Shown here in pieces: positions 8,991-17,241 of a DNA stretch of 32,784 bases. Location of the stretch: NCBI GenBank assembly GCA_964364925.1, contig CAYIOB010000002.1, positions 1 through 32,784 of the forward strand, in the 5' to 3' direction. The notes beneath the pieces are model-generated. The model was not told the DNA's origin and searched no databases. It saw nothing but the letters and a program-made list of their open reading frames with translations. A program made the translations under genes and the position numbers. Source of the DNA: an uncultured Gammaproteobacteria bacterium (lineage in GTDB: Bacteria > Patescibacteriota > Microgenomatia > Levybacterales > UBA12049). The stretch's first letter is position 1, and the number at the start of each line of letters is the position of its first letter.

Positions 8991-8995
8991 CAAGC

Positions 8996-9952
8996 TTAGG
9001 CGGATCCTACATACGTTATTTCTTCTTCCAATTCAATATTGAATTTTTCTCTGACCGCATTTTTGGCAAAAATAATTAATGTTTTCACATCATGGGAAGT
9101 CGCATTACCCAAATTAACAATAAAATTAGGGTGTTTATCGGAAATCATCGCCTCTCCTTCTTTTTTACCTTTAACGTTTGCCAAGAAAAGTAATTTGGCA
9201 GAAGGAACAAGAGGAAACGGGTCATTTTTTATATATTGAGTAAGCTCTCTTTCCCAATTTTCCGGAACGGACTCAACTTTTACATTTTTAAAAGTACTGC
9301 CGATGTTTGGATATTCCATCGGATGTTTTGTATTTCTGTAATCTATTTTTTCCCGGATTGAATTTTTTATCAATTCCTCATTCCCCGGTTTTAACGCTAA
9401 CGTAACCGATAAAATTATTTCATTTTTTCCCAATTCGGATTTAAAAACACTGTAACGATAATCAAAAAGACATTCAAGATTTGCTCTTTTCTTTTCTTCA
9501 AGAGTATTAAAATTTAAGCTAACCACCTCTTTTATACTGTCTTTTACTTCCCCGGCAAAAGCGCCGGCATTCCCCCTAACCGCGCCTCCAATTGTTCCAG
9601 GTAATCCTCCCGCCCACTCTAAACCGGATAATTGATTTTCAATGCAAAAACTTAAAATTTGCGAAACTAAAACTCCGGCTCCGACAATCAAACCTTCTTC
9701 TTTTTTTTCTATCCCCAAAATATTATTATAAATAACTAACCCCTCAAAACCCTTTTCGCTTATTAAAATGTTCGTTCCTTTTCCTAAAACAAAAATTCTT
9801 TTTTTATTATCCGGAAAAGCTGAAGAAATCTCTTTCCATTCCTTTAGACCTTCTAACAACTGCTCTTTTGTTGAAATTTCGAGGAAATAAGATGCGGGTC
9901 CGCCTATTTTGTAATTGCTGTAATCTTTAAGGGGAACATTTTGCTTAATCAT
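8996..9952 (-). CDS. murB: UDP-N-acetylenolpyruvoylglucosamine reductase
   Basis: N-terminal PLKDYSNYKIGGPA, an FAD-binding PCMH domain (GKGTNIL), and GLEWAGGLPGTIGGAVRGNAGAF. Confidence 0.9.
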   Translation of the reverse strand: MIKQNVPLKDYSNYKIGGPASYFLEISTKEQLLEGLKEWKEISSAFPDNKKRIFVLGKGTNILISEKGFEGLVIYNNILGIEKKEEGLIVGAGVLVSQILSFCIENQLSGLEWAGGLPGTIGGAVRGNAGAFAGEVKDSIKEVVSLNFNTLEEKKRANLECLFDYRYSVFKSELGKNEIILSVTLALKPGNEELIKNSIREKIDYRNTKHPMEYPNIGSTFKNVKVESVPENWERELTQYIKNDPFPLVPSAKLLFLANVKGKKEGEAMISDKHPNFIVNLGNATSHDVKTLIIFAKNAVREKFNIELEEEITYVGSA

Positions 9953-10128
9953 ATTCTGATTCTATCAAATAAATTTGATGATGGACACTAGATGCTTGAA
10001 GTTAGAATTTGAAATTTGAAGGTCGAAGCTGGATTTTTCTAATTTCAAGACTCCAACCTCAAAATCTAACTTCTAGTTTCCAACGTCAAATATCAAATGC
10101 CTGACTATTGATTTGGGGTCTTGGGGTT

Positions 10129-11409
10129 TTATTTTAACAATTCTTCTATGGCTCTTTCAAGCTGAGTATCGCGGCTTGAATCTTTTGGATTAAGCGCTAC
10201 CAAAATATCGGGAGTCAAGCCCTTACCGTTAACCCATGTCCCTTTTGGAGTAAGCCATTTTGCAATTGTTATATGAAGTCCGGCTCCTTGACCTAAATCC
10301 TCCGCCTCCTGTATTGTTCCTTTTCCATAGGAAGTTTCTCCGATTAATTTTGCTCTGTTACTGTCTTTAAGCGCTCCTGCAACTATTTCGCTTGCCGACG
10401 CACTTCCTTTATTTATTAAAACAACAATCGGAATATTCGTAAAAACTCCCTGTCTTGAAGCGTAAAGAGTCTTTTTGTCTCCCGGAATACCGGTTTCCTG
10501 CGAAACTACAGGCAATCCCTGATTTATAAACTCGGAGGCAATAAAAGTAGCATCTGTTAAATAACCGCCGGGATTATTTCTCAAATCCAAAATCAAACCC
10601 TTTACGTTTTTATCTTTCTTTATCTGAGAGTTTAACTTGTTAACAAGTGCTAACCATTCCTGATTTGTGTTATCACCAAATTGCGAAAGTCTTATATAAG
10701 CAACTTTGCCGGAATTGGCTTTGGCTTTTGATAAATCAATTATTTGGCATTTATTACTGCAATCAACAGGCTTTACCCAACCGTCAACGCTTTTAACGGT
10801 AATCGTATCTCTGGTAATTTTTATTTCTTTGGGAGAATTTTCGTCTTTATGTAAAATTGTTAAGGAAACATCCGTACCTTTGGGCCCTCTTATCTTATCA
10901 ACCGCCTGCCTTAAATCCCATCCATTCGTTGATTGACCGTCAACACCCATTATTGAATCTCCGGGTTTTATTCCCGCTTTTTCGGCGGGACTTCCGGTTA
11001 AAGGAGCAATAACAATAATTTGTTTATCTTTCATCCCCAGCTCCGCTCCAATTCCTGAAAATTGTCCCGCTAAACCCTGCTTAAAGTTATTATTTTGAAC
11101 CGGAGGAAGATATATTGTAAATGGATCACCTAAAGTCTGTACCATGCCTGTAATGGCACCGTTTAGCATCTTCTGGGTATCAAGCTTAGATTTATCGTAA
11201 TAGTTTGTCTGGAGCTTCTCCCAAACCGTCCAAAAAGGCGTAGCATCAATTGCAATTACGCCCGTTGGAGGCTCTTTGTTTACAATTTGGAAATTGGGTT
11301 TGTAATTTTTCCATTCATAATTTACTTTGTTAATGCCAAAAAAATAACCTACCAAAAGAGAGATTAAAATTACTAAGCTAATTTGTATTTTAAAATTCCT
11401 GCTTTTCAT
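10129..11409 (-). CDS. S41-family carboxyl-terminal processing peptidase (Ctp/Prc-like) with PDZ domain
   Basis: GIGAELG, PDZ segment AEKAGIKPGDSIMGVDG, catalytic region LINKGSASASEIVAGALKD and GETSYGKGTIQ. The ATG overlaps the upstream stop (ATGA). Confidence 0.9.
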   Translation of the reverse strand: MKSRNFKIQISLVILISLLVGYFFGINKVNYEWKNYKPNFQIVNKEPPTGVIAIDATPFWTVWEKLQTNYYDKSKLDTQKMLNGAITGMVQTLGDPFTIYLPPVQNNNFKQGLAGQFSGIGAELGMKDKQIIVIAPLTGSPAEKAGIKPGDSIMGVDGQSTNGWDLRQAVDKIRGPKGTDVSLTILHKDENSPKEIKITRDTITVKSVDGWVKPVDCSNKCQIIDLSKAKANSGKVAYIRLSQFGDNTNQEWLALVNKLNSQIKKDKNVKGLILDLRNNPGGYLTDATFIASEFINQGLPVVSQETGIPGDKKTLYASRQGVFTNIPIVVLINKGSASASEIVAGALKDSNRAKLIGETSYGKGTIQEAEDLGQGAGLHITIAKWLTPKGTWVNGKGLTPDILVALNPKDSSRDTQLERAIEELLK

Positions 11410-12164
11410 AAAACAATTAAGGATTTGTTTTCCGGATCAAGATAAACCTGCTTTTTGTTATGCTTAACCAGTTTATCAAAATCTCCTTCTTCTATTTGCA
11501 CAACCGGCGATTTTATTGCCTTTTCTTCCAAATCTTCAAAGTCGCTTTCCCTTATTTGGGCGCCAATTACCCCCAATGCTCCGAGAGCAAATACTTTAAA
11601 AATTGAACCTTTTGCGAAGTTTTTACCTAAAACTATCTTTTTGGCAACTTCTGCAGTTATTTTACCAAAATCTATCTCTTCGTCCTCTATTACGAATAAT
11701 TCTCCCCTTACCTCTTGCCCCCCTGCTCTTTTTGCAACTATGGCCTGCTTTTCTGTTTTTATGACGATTTTATCATTATTACAGAAATCAACAATTCCAT
11801 CAACGGGAGAAATGATGGTAATTAAACTTCTGTCTCCCGAATCCGTATGAATTAATACATCCCCCTTATCTTCGTCAATTTTAATTATTGTTCCTGAAAA
11901 TTCGCTGATAATTTTTTTTGTCCCAAGTCCCAAACGGCCTTTTTTTACTGCCAAAACATCTCCTTTGGAAACGCTGTCTCCCAAATTTTTTCTTAAAGTT
12001 TTTGCGATTTTTTTAGGAGAAATGCGCAGAATTTGAAAAACGTGGATAACCTCTTCGATGCCCTTTTCTTTTTTTTCTGCAATAATTTGGCCTGCCGTTA
12101 ACTTATCGTTAACAGAAACTTTCGGAGTAAAGCCTTCTGGAAGAAGAACCGGCAGTAAAGTCAT
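11406..12164 (-). CDS. Hypothetical protein with lipoyl/barrel-sandwich-hybrid-like segments
   Basis: 252-aa ORF translationally coupled to the S41 peptidase. It has repeated G-D-x-V/L beta-hairpin-like segments (KGDVLAVKKG, SGTIIKIDEDKGDVLI). No confident family assignment. Confidence 0.55.
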   Translation of the reverse strand: MTLLPVLLPEGFTPKVSVNDKLTAGQIIAEKKEKGIEEVIHVFQILRISPKKIAKTLRKNLGDSVSKGDVLAVKKGRLGLGTKKIISEFSGTIIKIDEDKGDVLIHTDSGDRSLITIISPVDGIVDFCNNDKIVIKTEKQAIVAKRAGGQEVRGELFVIEDEEIDFGKITAEVAKKIVLGKNFAKGSIFKVFALGALGVIGAQIRESDFEDLEEKAIKSPVVQIEEGDFDKLVKHNKKQVYLDPENKSLIVL

Positions 12165-12185
12165 TATTATATTATTATCCTTTTG

Positions 12186-12431
12186 CTATCTTACTATAAA
12201 AGGCAAAAGTGCTAAATGTCTTGCGCGCTTTATTTCAACAGTCAGCGCTTTTTGGTGACTGGCGCAAAGTCCTGATCTTACCCTTGAAATAATCTTACCT
12301 CTTTCGGTAATAAATCTTTGTAAAACGGCAATTTCGGAGAAAGTGGGTTGCTTCTTCTCATCACAGAAATAACACGTTTTTGGAGCGTTGCTTCTTTGAA
12401 TTCTTCTTTTTGGTGCTTTAGCTTTTGCCAT
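12186..12431 (-). CDS. rpsR: 30S ribosomal protein S18
   Basis: CYFC..., LQRFITERGKIISRVRSGLCASHQKALTVEIKRARHLALLPF. Confidence 0.92.
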   Translation of the reverse strand: MAKAKAPKRRIQRSNAPKTCYFCDEKKQPTFSEIAVLQRFITERGKIISRVRSGLCASHQKALTVEIKRARHLALLPFIVR

Positions 12432-12434
12432 AAG

Positions 12435-12463
12435 TTTATATTTACAATTTATTATTTACTATT
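12435..12463. repeat. 29-nt AT-rich block identical to 13011-13039, immediately upstream of the rpsR ATG
   Basis: tttatatttacaatttattatttactatt occurs identically in both intercistronic spacers. Confidence 0.8.
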
Positions 12464-12506
12464 TACGATTTAACGAAATTAATAATCAATGGTCAATGGT
12501 CAATCT

Positions 12507-13007
12507 CTAGAAAGGGATATCATCGGGCACTATTTCTTCTTCCTCTTTTGCTTCTTCTTTTACATTCTGCTTTGCAGAAGCTTTTGAACCTTTCTTTACA
12601 GAAGGTTTCTCTTCCGGTTCTTCCTTAGTAGAGGGTTCTGCTGTTTCTCCGTTTGGCTCAACCGCATCCGGCCTTTTGGAATCTAGTAAAATCATATCCG
12701 AAATAACAATTTCCGTAGTTTGCTTTTGGCTTCCGTCTTGAGCTGTCCAGCTCCTGGTCGTAAGTCTTCCTTCAACAAAAGCTTTTCTTCCCTTTGTTAA
12801 AAATTGACTGCAAATTTCGGCTAATTTAGCCCAAGCAACAATTCTATGGAATTCAACTTCGTCTTTTTTCTCTCCGGTATCTGTTGTCCAATTTCTATTG
12901 GTTGCAATACTAAAAGAACAAACCGCGGTTCCGGAAGGAGTATACCTTAACTCAGGGTCCCTAGTTAAATTGCCGATTAATTGAACTCTGTTTAAACTTC
13001 TAGCCAT
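12507..13007 (-). CDS. ssb: Single-stranded DNA-binding protein
   Basis: OB-fold N-terminus (NRVQLIGNLTRDPELRYTPSG), acidic linker, canonical C-terminal tip DDIPF. Confidence 0.92.
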   Translation of the reverse strand: MARSLNRVQLIGNLTRDPELRYTPSGTAVCSFSIATNRNWTTDTGEKKDEVEFHRIVAWAKLAEICSQFLTKGRKAFVEGRLTTRSWTAQDGSQKQTTEIVISDMILLDSKRPDAVEPNGETAEPSTKEEPEEKPSVKKGSKASAKQNVKEEAKEEEEIVPDDIPF

Positions 13008-13010
13008 ACT

Positions 13011-13039
13011 TTTATATTTACAATTTATTATTTACTATT
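13011..13039. repeat. 29-nt AT-rich block identical to 12435-12463, immediately upstream of the ssb ATG
   Basis: Exact repeat; see 12435-12463. Confidence 0.8.
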
Positions 13040-13092
13040 GACCATTAAATCTTTTAAATAGTAATTCGTCAATAGTCAATCGTCAATGACGT

Positions 13093-13368
13093 TTATTGCC
13101 TTAGCAATAAATGTCTTAGGACGTCATCTTGAGCTACGAGCTTTTTTTCAAAATCCAAAGGAAAAGAATCTTTTGCTTCCAATTGATAGTTAAGATAAAA
13201 ACCCGATGTTTCTCTTTTAATGGAGTAACTTAAGGGTTTTTGTCCCCACTCTTCTTCTTTTGCTACTTTAACATTTTTTAGCCAACTTTTAATCGTTTCT
13301 AAAAGTTTTTTCTTTTGAACTTCCGATAAAGATGCTTTTAAAACCAAAACTAATTGATAGTTTCTCAT
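13093..13368 (-). CDS. rpsF: 30S ribosomal protein S6
   Basis: MRNYQLVLVLK... S6-like N-terminus. Start moved to the ATG at 13368; the track's 30-aa Cys-rich extension is unlike S6. TGgTAAGAT sits 8 nt upstream of this ATG. Confidence 0.85.
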   Translation of the reverse strand: MRNYQLVLVLKASLSEVQKKKLLETIKSWLKNVKVAKEEEWGQKPLSYSIKRETSGFYLNYQLEAKDSFPLDFEKKLVAQDDVLRHLLLRQ

Positions 13369-13441
13369 TGAGTCTAATCTTACCATATGAAGTGTTTTCA
13401 AGCAAGACCTGCACGTTTTGTTCAAACACGCAGGACAAGAT

Positions 13442-14176
13442 TTAAAATTTAGTAACAAATTTTTGCCAGCCTGATTCTCCTAAAAATTTATTGCCCGGAC
13501 AGGTTGTCCTGGGATTTATTTCACGATGCCCAAAAATTCGATCTTCGGCAACACCTGAATAACTACTTATTATTCCCCGTACTGCCGCAATCTGTTTTTC
13601 GGAAGGAGTGCTTTCGGTGTAATCGCCGGATAAGGCTATCGCCACGCTTCTTGTGTTTATATCCCAATCTCCCGATTGCCAGCCGATATAACTATCATCA
13701 AGCAATCTTTCTGCTTCTCCGCCCGGCCTTATTAACCAATGGTAAGCGAAAAAAACCATTTTCCCGTCCCTGAAATGTCCCGACCAAATTGGTTTACCGG
13801 AAACATCATTTCCTCTTATATTCCCTGCCGCCAAATAATCTAGTCCATATTGTCTTACAAACCCAATAGCGGAAAGTTTTGAAAGCCTAATGTCAGGATC
13901 CTCGGAAGAATGATGAATAACGAGAGTATCTATCGGTTTTCTTTCCGCGTCAAAATCGGGTCCTTTTTCTGCAAGAGGAATTTTACCGGCATCCAGCATT
14001 GCTTCAACGGTTTCATAAAATGATTCCCTGGCTCTTTTTATCTTGGGGTCTTTTGTTATTGGAAATATTTTTTTCTTTAAATATTCCTCAAGTTTTATAT
14101 ACCAATCCGGATATTGAAGCTGTTCCTGCCAATATTCTTCATCATGCGATTTCTTATCCCATACTCCTTTGTTCAT
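13442..14176 (-). CDS. N-acetylmuramoyl-L-alanine amidase (Amidase_2/PGRP-type)
   Basis: LVIHHS, the AYHWLI region and GHREI...TCPG are zinc-amidase hallmarks. Confidence 0.85.
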   Translation of the reverse strand: MNKGVWDKKSHDEEYWQEQLQYPDWYIKLEEYLKKKIFPITKDPKIKRARESFYETVEAMLDAGKIPLAEKGPDFDAERKPIDTLVIHHSSEDPDIRLSKLSAIGFVRQYGLDYLAAGNIRGNDVSGKPIWSGHFRDGKMVFFAYHWLIRPGGEAERLLDDSYIGWQSGDWDINTRSVAIALSGDYTESTPSEKQIAAVRGIISSYSGVAEDRIFGHREINPRTTCPGNKFLGESGWQKFVTKF

Positions 14177-14177
14177 A

Positions 14178-15263
14178 TTAAGCGCCTATCTTGAATTCAA
14201 TTACATCTCCGTCTTTGACTATATAATCCCTTCCTTCAAGCCTGTCCTTTCCGTGTTCCCTTGCACCTTTCCAACCATTAAATTGAACAAAATCGTCAAA
14301 GGAAACAACTTCCGCTTTTATAAATTTTTTAGTAAAGTCCGTATGAATAACCCCTGCGGCATTTACTGCATTTGTTCCTTTTTTGATAGTCCATGCCCTT
14401 ACTTCTTTTTCTCCACAAGTTAAAAAAGAAATTAAATTTAAAATTTTATAACCTTCTTTAATAACCCTTTCCAACCCTGAAGTTTCAAAACCCAAATCCT
14501 TTAGATATTCTTTCTGTTCTTCTTGCGATAATTCCGAAAGCTCGCTTTCTGTTTTTGCGCAAACCGGAATTGTATCTTCGCCGTAATCTTTACCTAAATC
14601 TTCCTCGTCAACGTTTGCAACCGTAAACATCGGTTTAGCAGTTAAAAGCTGCAAGCTTTTTGCCGCAGTTTTTTCATCTTCGTGTAATTCAACGTCTTTT
14701 GCGAGTTTGCCTTGGTCAAGTGCGATTTTAAACTTTTGGACCGCCGACCATCTATGTACGTCTTCCTTCGTGGGACTTTTTTTGGGCTCCTGCTGTTTTT
14801 CCAGAGTCTGCAAATCTGCCAAGATTAATTCCGTGTTAACCACTTCGAAATCATTTTTCGCGTCTTTAGAGCTGTCGGAACGCACAACATTCCCATCTTT
14901 AAAATACCGGACAACCTGACAAATTGCGTCCGCCTCCCTGATATGGGACAAAAATTTATTTCCCAATCCTTCTCCAACAGCCGCTCCTTTTACCAAGCCT
15001 GCAATATCTACAAATTGAACGACCGCCGGTACTATCGGCGGAAGTGAAACCCTGAGCGAAGTCGAAGGGACTGACAGTTCATTTGCTGTAATTTCTGCTA
15101 ATTTTTGAAGGCGGGTATCAGGAACAGGTACAACGCCGATGTTTGGCTCTATTGTGGCAAAAGGATAATTAGCAACAAACGCCTGTTGTTTCCTCAACAG
15201 CGCGTTAAACAGCGTAGACTTTCCAACGTTCGGTAAACCCACTATACCTATAGACAAACTCAT
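14178..15263 (-). CDS. ychF: Ribosome-binding ATPase YchF
   Basis: IGIVGLPNVGKSTLFNALL P-loop, DIAGLVKGA, C-terminal TGS-like VIHTDF..FIKAEV..GKDY.V.DGDV. TATAAT lies 8 nt upstream of the ATG. Confidence 0.92.
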   Translation of the reverse strand: MSLSIGIVGLPNVGKSTLFNALLRKQQAFVANYPFATIEPNIGVVPVPDTRLQKLAEITANELSVPSTSLRVSLPPIVPAVVQFVDIAGLVKGAAVGEGLGNKFLSHIREADAICQVVRYFKDGNVVRSDSSKDAKNDFEVVNTELILADLQTLEKQQEPKKSPTKEDVHRWSAVQKFKIALDQGKLAKDVELHEDEKTAAKSLQLLTAKPMFTVANVDEEDLGKDYGEDTIPVCAKTESELSELSQEEQKEYLKDLGFETSGLERVIKEGYKILNLISFLTCGEKEVRAWTIKKGTNAVNAAGVIHTDFTKKFIKAEVVSFDDFVQFNGWKGAREHGKDRLEGRDYIVKDGDVIEFKIGA

Positions 15264-15287
15264 ACTGAAGAATTATAGCAGAATTAT

Positions 15288-15455
15288 TTACTCTTTAGTC
15301 GTACCTACTATACAACCACAATTTGCACAATAAACCAAAAGGAAACTAACTCCATTAATCAACTGTCTTTTTGTTTTTAACCCGCTGTGATACTCATTAG
15401 GGTGCAACGTTGTCTCACCGCATCCTGGACATTTTGGATCTTTATCGTTTGGCAT
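15288..15455 (-). CDS. Unannotated 55-aa zinc-ribbon protein (CPGC...CANC), translationally coupled to the upstream ATPase
   Basis: My translation: MPNDKDPKCPGCGETTLHPNEYHSGLKTKRQLINGVSFLLVYCANCGCIVGTTKE. The SD GGAGGTGA lies inside the last codons of the ATPase gene, 7 nt before this ATG. The ORF is below the track's size cut-off. Confidence 0.55.
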   Translation of the reverse strand: MPNDKDPKCPGCGETTLHPNEYHSGLKTKRQLINGVSFLLVYCANCGCIVGTTKE

Positions 15456-15458
15456 AAA

Positions 15459-17099
15459 TTATTCACCTCCAAATTGTTTTTCTTTTGCTTTTTTTAGGGC
15501 ATTTATAAACACGCCCATATTAGCTGTGAAATCTTGCTCTGAAATCCTATTAGCAACATCTTCTGCGTATGCTACTTTTCCAGGATTATTGTTAATATCA
15601 TTAGGCTCGGCCTTATACGGAGAGGGGTAATATTTTTCAAGACTGGATTCAGATAGCTCAAAATATCTACCATCAGTTAAAAGCTCTGCATGATCTGTTT
15701 TAAACTTATTATATTTTTCGTTATCACCTGTCGAACCCGAACTAGCGTCGGCAACGACTACAACTCGTGAAGAATAAGGATTGGTTTTAGCTTTAAAATA
15801 TTGATATGCCATATCTATAAAAGTAATGCTCTTTGATTGCTTGGTAACATCCCCATTTGCTGGAACTATTTGTATATTTTTGAAATCAGTTGGATAAAAT
15901 CTTTGAATTATCTTTTGTAAAAATTTTACTTCTGAGTATCCCTCGACAATTAAAATATTGGAAGGAAGCAATAAGTCTTTGGGATTACCACCTAAAAGAT
16001 CAAAAACCACTAATGGTTTTTCAGAATCACTAATTCGTGTAACATTTGTAATCTTATTTGTTTTCTCAACCTTAAAAATATACTGATCAGAATTATTATC
16101 TACAACTAATACTGATGAATGAGTATTGATTAAAACTTGGTCTCCTCCCGATGAAACATCAACGAGTGCGTCTTTTAGAGCTCTTTGTGCTGTTGGATGC
16201 AAATGTAACTCTGCTTCATCTATTAAAAAAAGGAAATCTTTGGATTCGCCTTTAGTTTTCCTAAAATCAGCATATGTTTGAATTATCGCTAGCATTAAAG
16301 CCCTCTGCATGCCATCGCCTTTTTCCGAAGAATCGTTCTCTATTCCATCATTAATCGTAGTCCTGAATTTCTTAAACAAATCCTCCAATTCAGGATTTTC
16401 AACCTTAAATTTTACATCTATACAATCTGGGAATTGTTTTTTCAAAAATTCTGCAACCGTTAGTCCTACTTTATCTATTTCTTTTCTAATATCTGTTATG
16501 TCTTCTGGGTCGGAAGGATCTCCAAAGAGCTCGTTGAACATTTTTTTAAATTCTCCATATTTTCCGTCTGTTTCAAGCATACTTTCCAAAACAGCAGAGA
16601 GAATCTTGCTTATCGGAGTAGCTTTGCCATACTTTGCTACATCGTCAAGAAGTTTTTTTGTACTTACAAATTCTAGAGTTGGAAGAAATTGTCGCCAAGT
16701 GCTGTCCCTACCCAAAGGGTTTTCCCACTCATTAGTTTTTGGATTAAAAAGTTGCCTGTCTTCTCCATCCTCATATGAACTTAATCTACGAATTTTGATT
16801 AAATCTTCCGTCTCAAAAATTTCTTCCATTAGTTTTTTTTGCTTTTCATTTGTAAAAAAACTTAATGCTTTTTGTAATCCCGAAAATTCTAACTCTACTA
16901 GAACTTCTTTTGTTTCGTCTTTCATGAATGATATGTCTTCCATCTCTCCTGATGGAACATAAAACCAATCAATTGCTTCAAATAGGTTTGTTTTACCGTG
17001 ATTATTTTGTCCAACAAAAATGTTAAACTGAGAAATTTCTAAATTCTCTATCACTTCTATTGATCTAAAATTCTTAACCGTTACCTTGGTTATTTTCAT
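15459..17099 (-). CDS. OLD-family-like ATP-dependent nuclease: ABC/AAA_15-type ATPase with a Toprim-like C-terminal domain
   Basis: KVTVKNFRSIE, Walker A GQNNHGKTN, signature-like GDGMQRAL, Walker B/D-loop FLFLIDEAELHLHP, H-loop INTHSS. The C-terminal ILIVEGYSEVKF...VPANGD...VVVVADAS resembles OLD/DUF4435 Toprim. ATG at 17099 is preferred over the TTG at 17108. Confidence 0.75.
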   Translation of the reverse strand: MKITKVTVKNFRSIEVIENLEISQFNIFVGQNNHGKTNLFEAIDWFYVPSGEMEDISFMKDETKEVLVELEFSGLQKALSFFTNEKQKKLMEEIFETEDLIKIRRLSSYEDGEDRQLFNPKTNEWENPLGRDSTWRQFLPTLEFVSTKKLLDDVAKYGKATPISKILSAVLESMLETDGKYGEFKKMFNELFGDPSDPEDITDIRKEIDKVGLTVAEFLKKQFPDCIDVKFKVENPELEDLFKKFRTTINDGIENDSSEKGDGMQRALMLAIIQTYADFRKTKGESKDFLFLIDEAELHLHPTAQRALKDALVDVSSGGDQVLINTHSSVLVVDNNSDQYIFKVEKTNKITNVTRISDSEKPLVVFDLLGGNPKDLLLPSNILIVEGYSEVKFLQKIIQRFYPTDFKNIQIVPANGDVTKQSKSITFIDMAYQYFKAKTNPYSSRVVVVADASSGSTGDNEKYNKFKTDHAELLTDGRYFELSESSLEKYYPSPYKAEPNDINNNPGKVAYAEDVANRISEQDFTANMGVFINALKKAKEKQFGGE

Positions 17100-17218
17100 A
17101 TAATCCAATCATTGTGGATGGGCGGGGCTTTTTGAGGTCTCGTCCAGGCACATTTTTATTACCTGAAATTTTACTGTGAATATATTAGCAGAAACTTTCA
17201 GAGATTGCTAGTATCAAA

Positions 17219-17241
17219 CTCCCCTTTTTGCCTGTTGTCAA
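17219..17241 (-). promoter_or_regulatory. Motif copy A: TTGACAACAGGCAAAAAGGGGAG (minus strand), upstream of the ATPase gene; its TGA is the stop of the 151-aa ORF
   Basis: 23 of 23 identical to 18390-18412. Confidence 0.6.

Noticed and set aside
13369-13441. S6:S18-responsive leader RNA upstream of rpsF (hairpin CCTGCACG...CGCAGG at 13408-13434)
   Set aside because: An extended -10 (TGgTAAGAT) lies only 8 nt from the rpsF ATG, so the hairpin is probably upstream of the transcription start. It is more likely a terminator or attenuator after the amidase gene.
16309-16962. 217-aa plus-strand ORF antisense to the OLD-like ATPase gene
   Set aside because: It is Ser/Phe/Leu-rich low-complexity sequence typical of a shadow frame opposite an AT-rich gene. 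It lies entirely inside a well-supported CDS and has no start signals.
17100-17237. 14-codon uORF (MCLDETSKSPAHPQ) in the leader of the ATPase gene
   Set aside because: It is very short, has no SD, and I cannot assess conservation. It may be chance.
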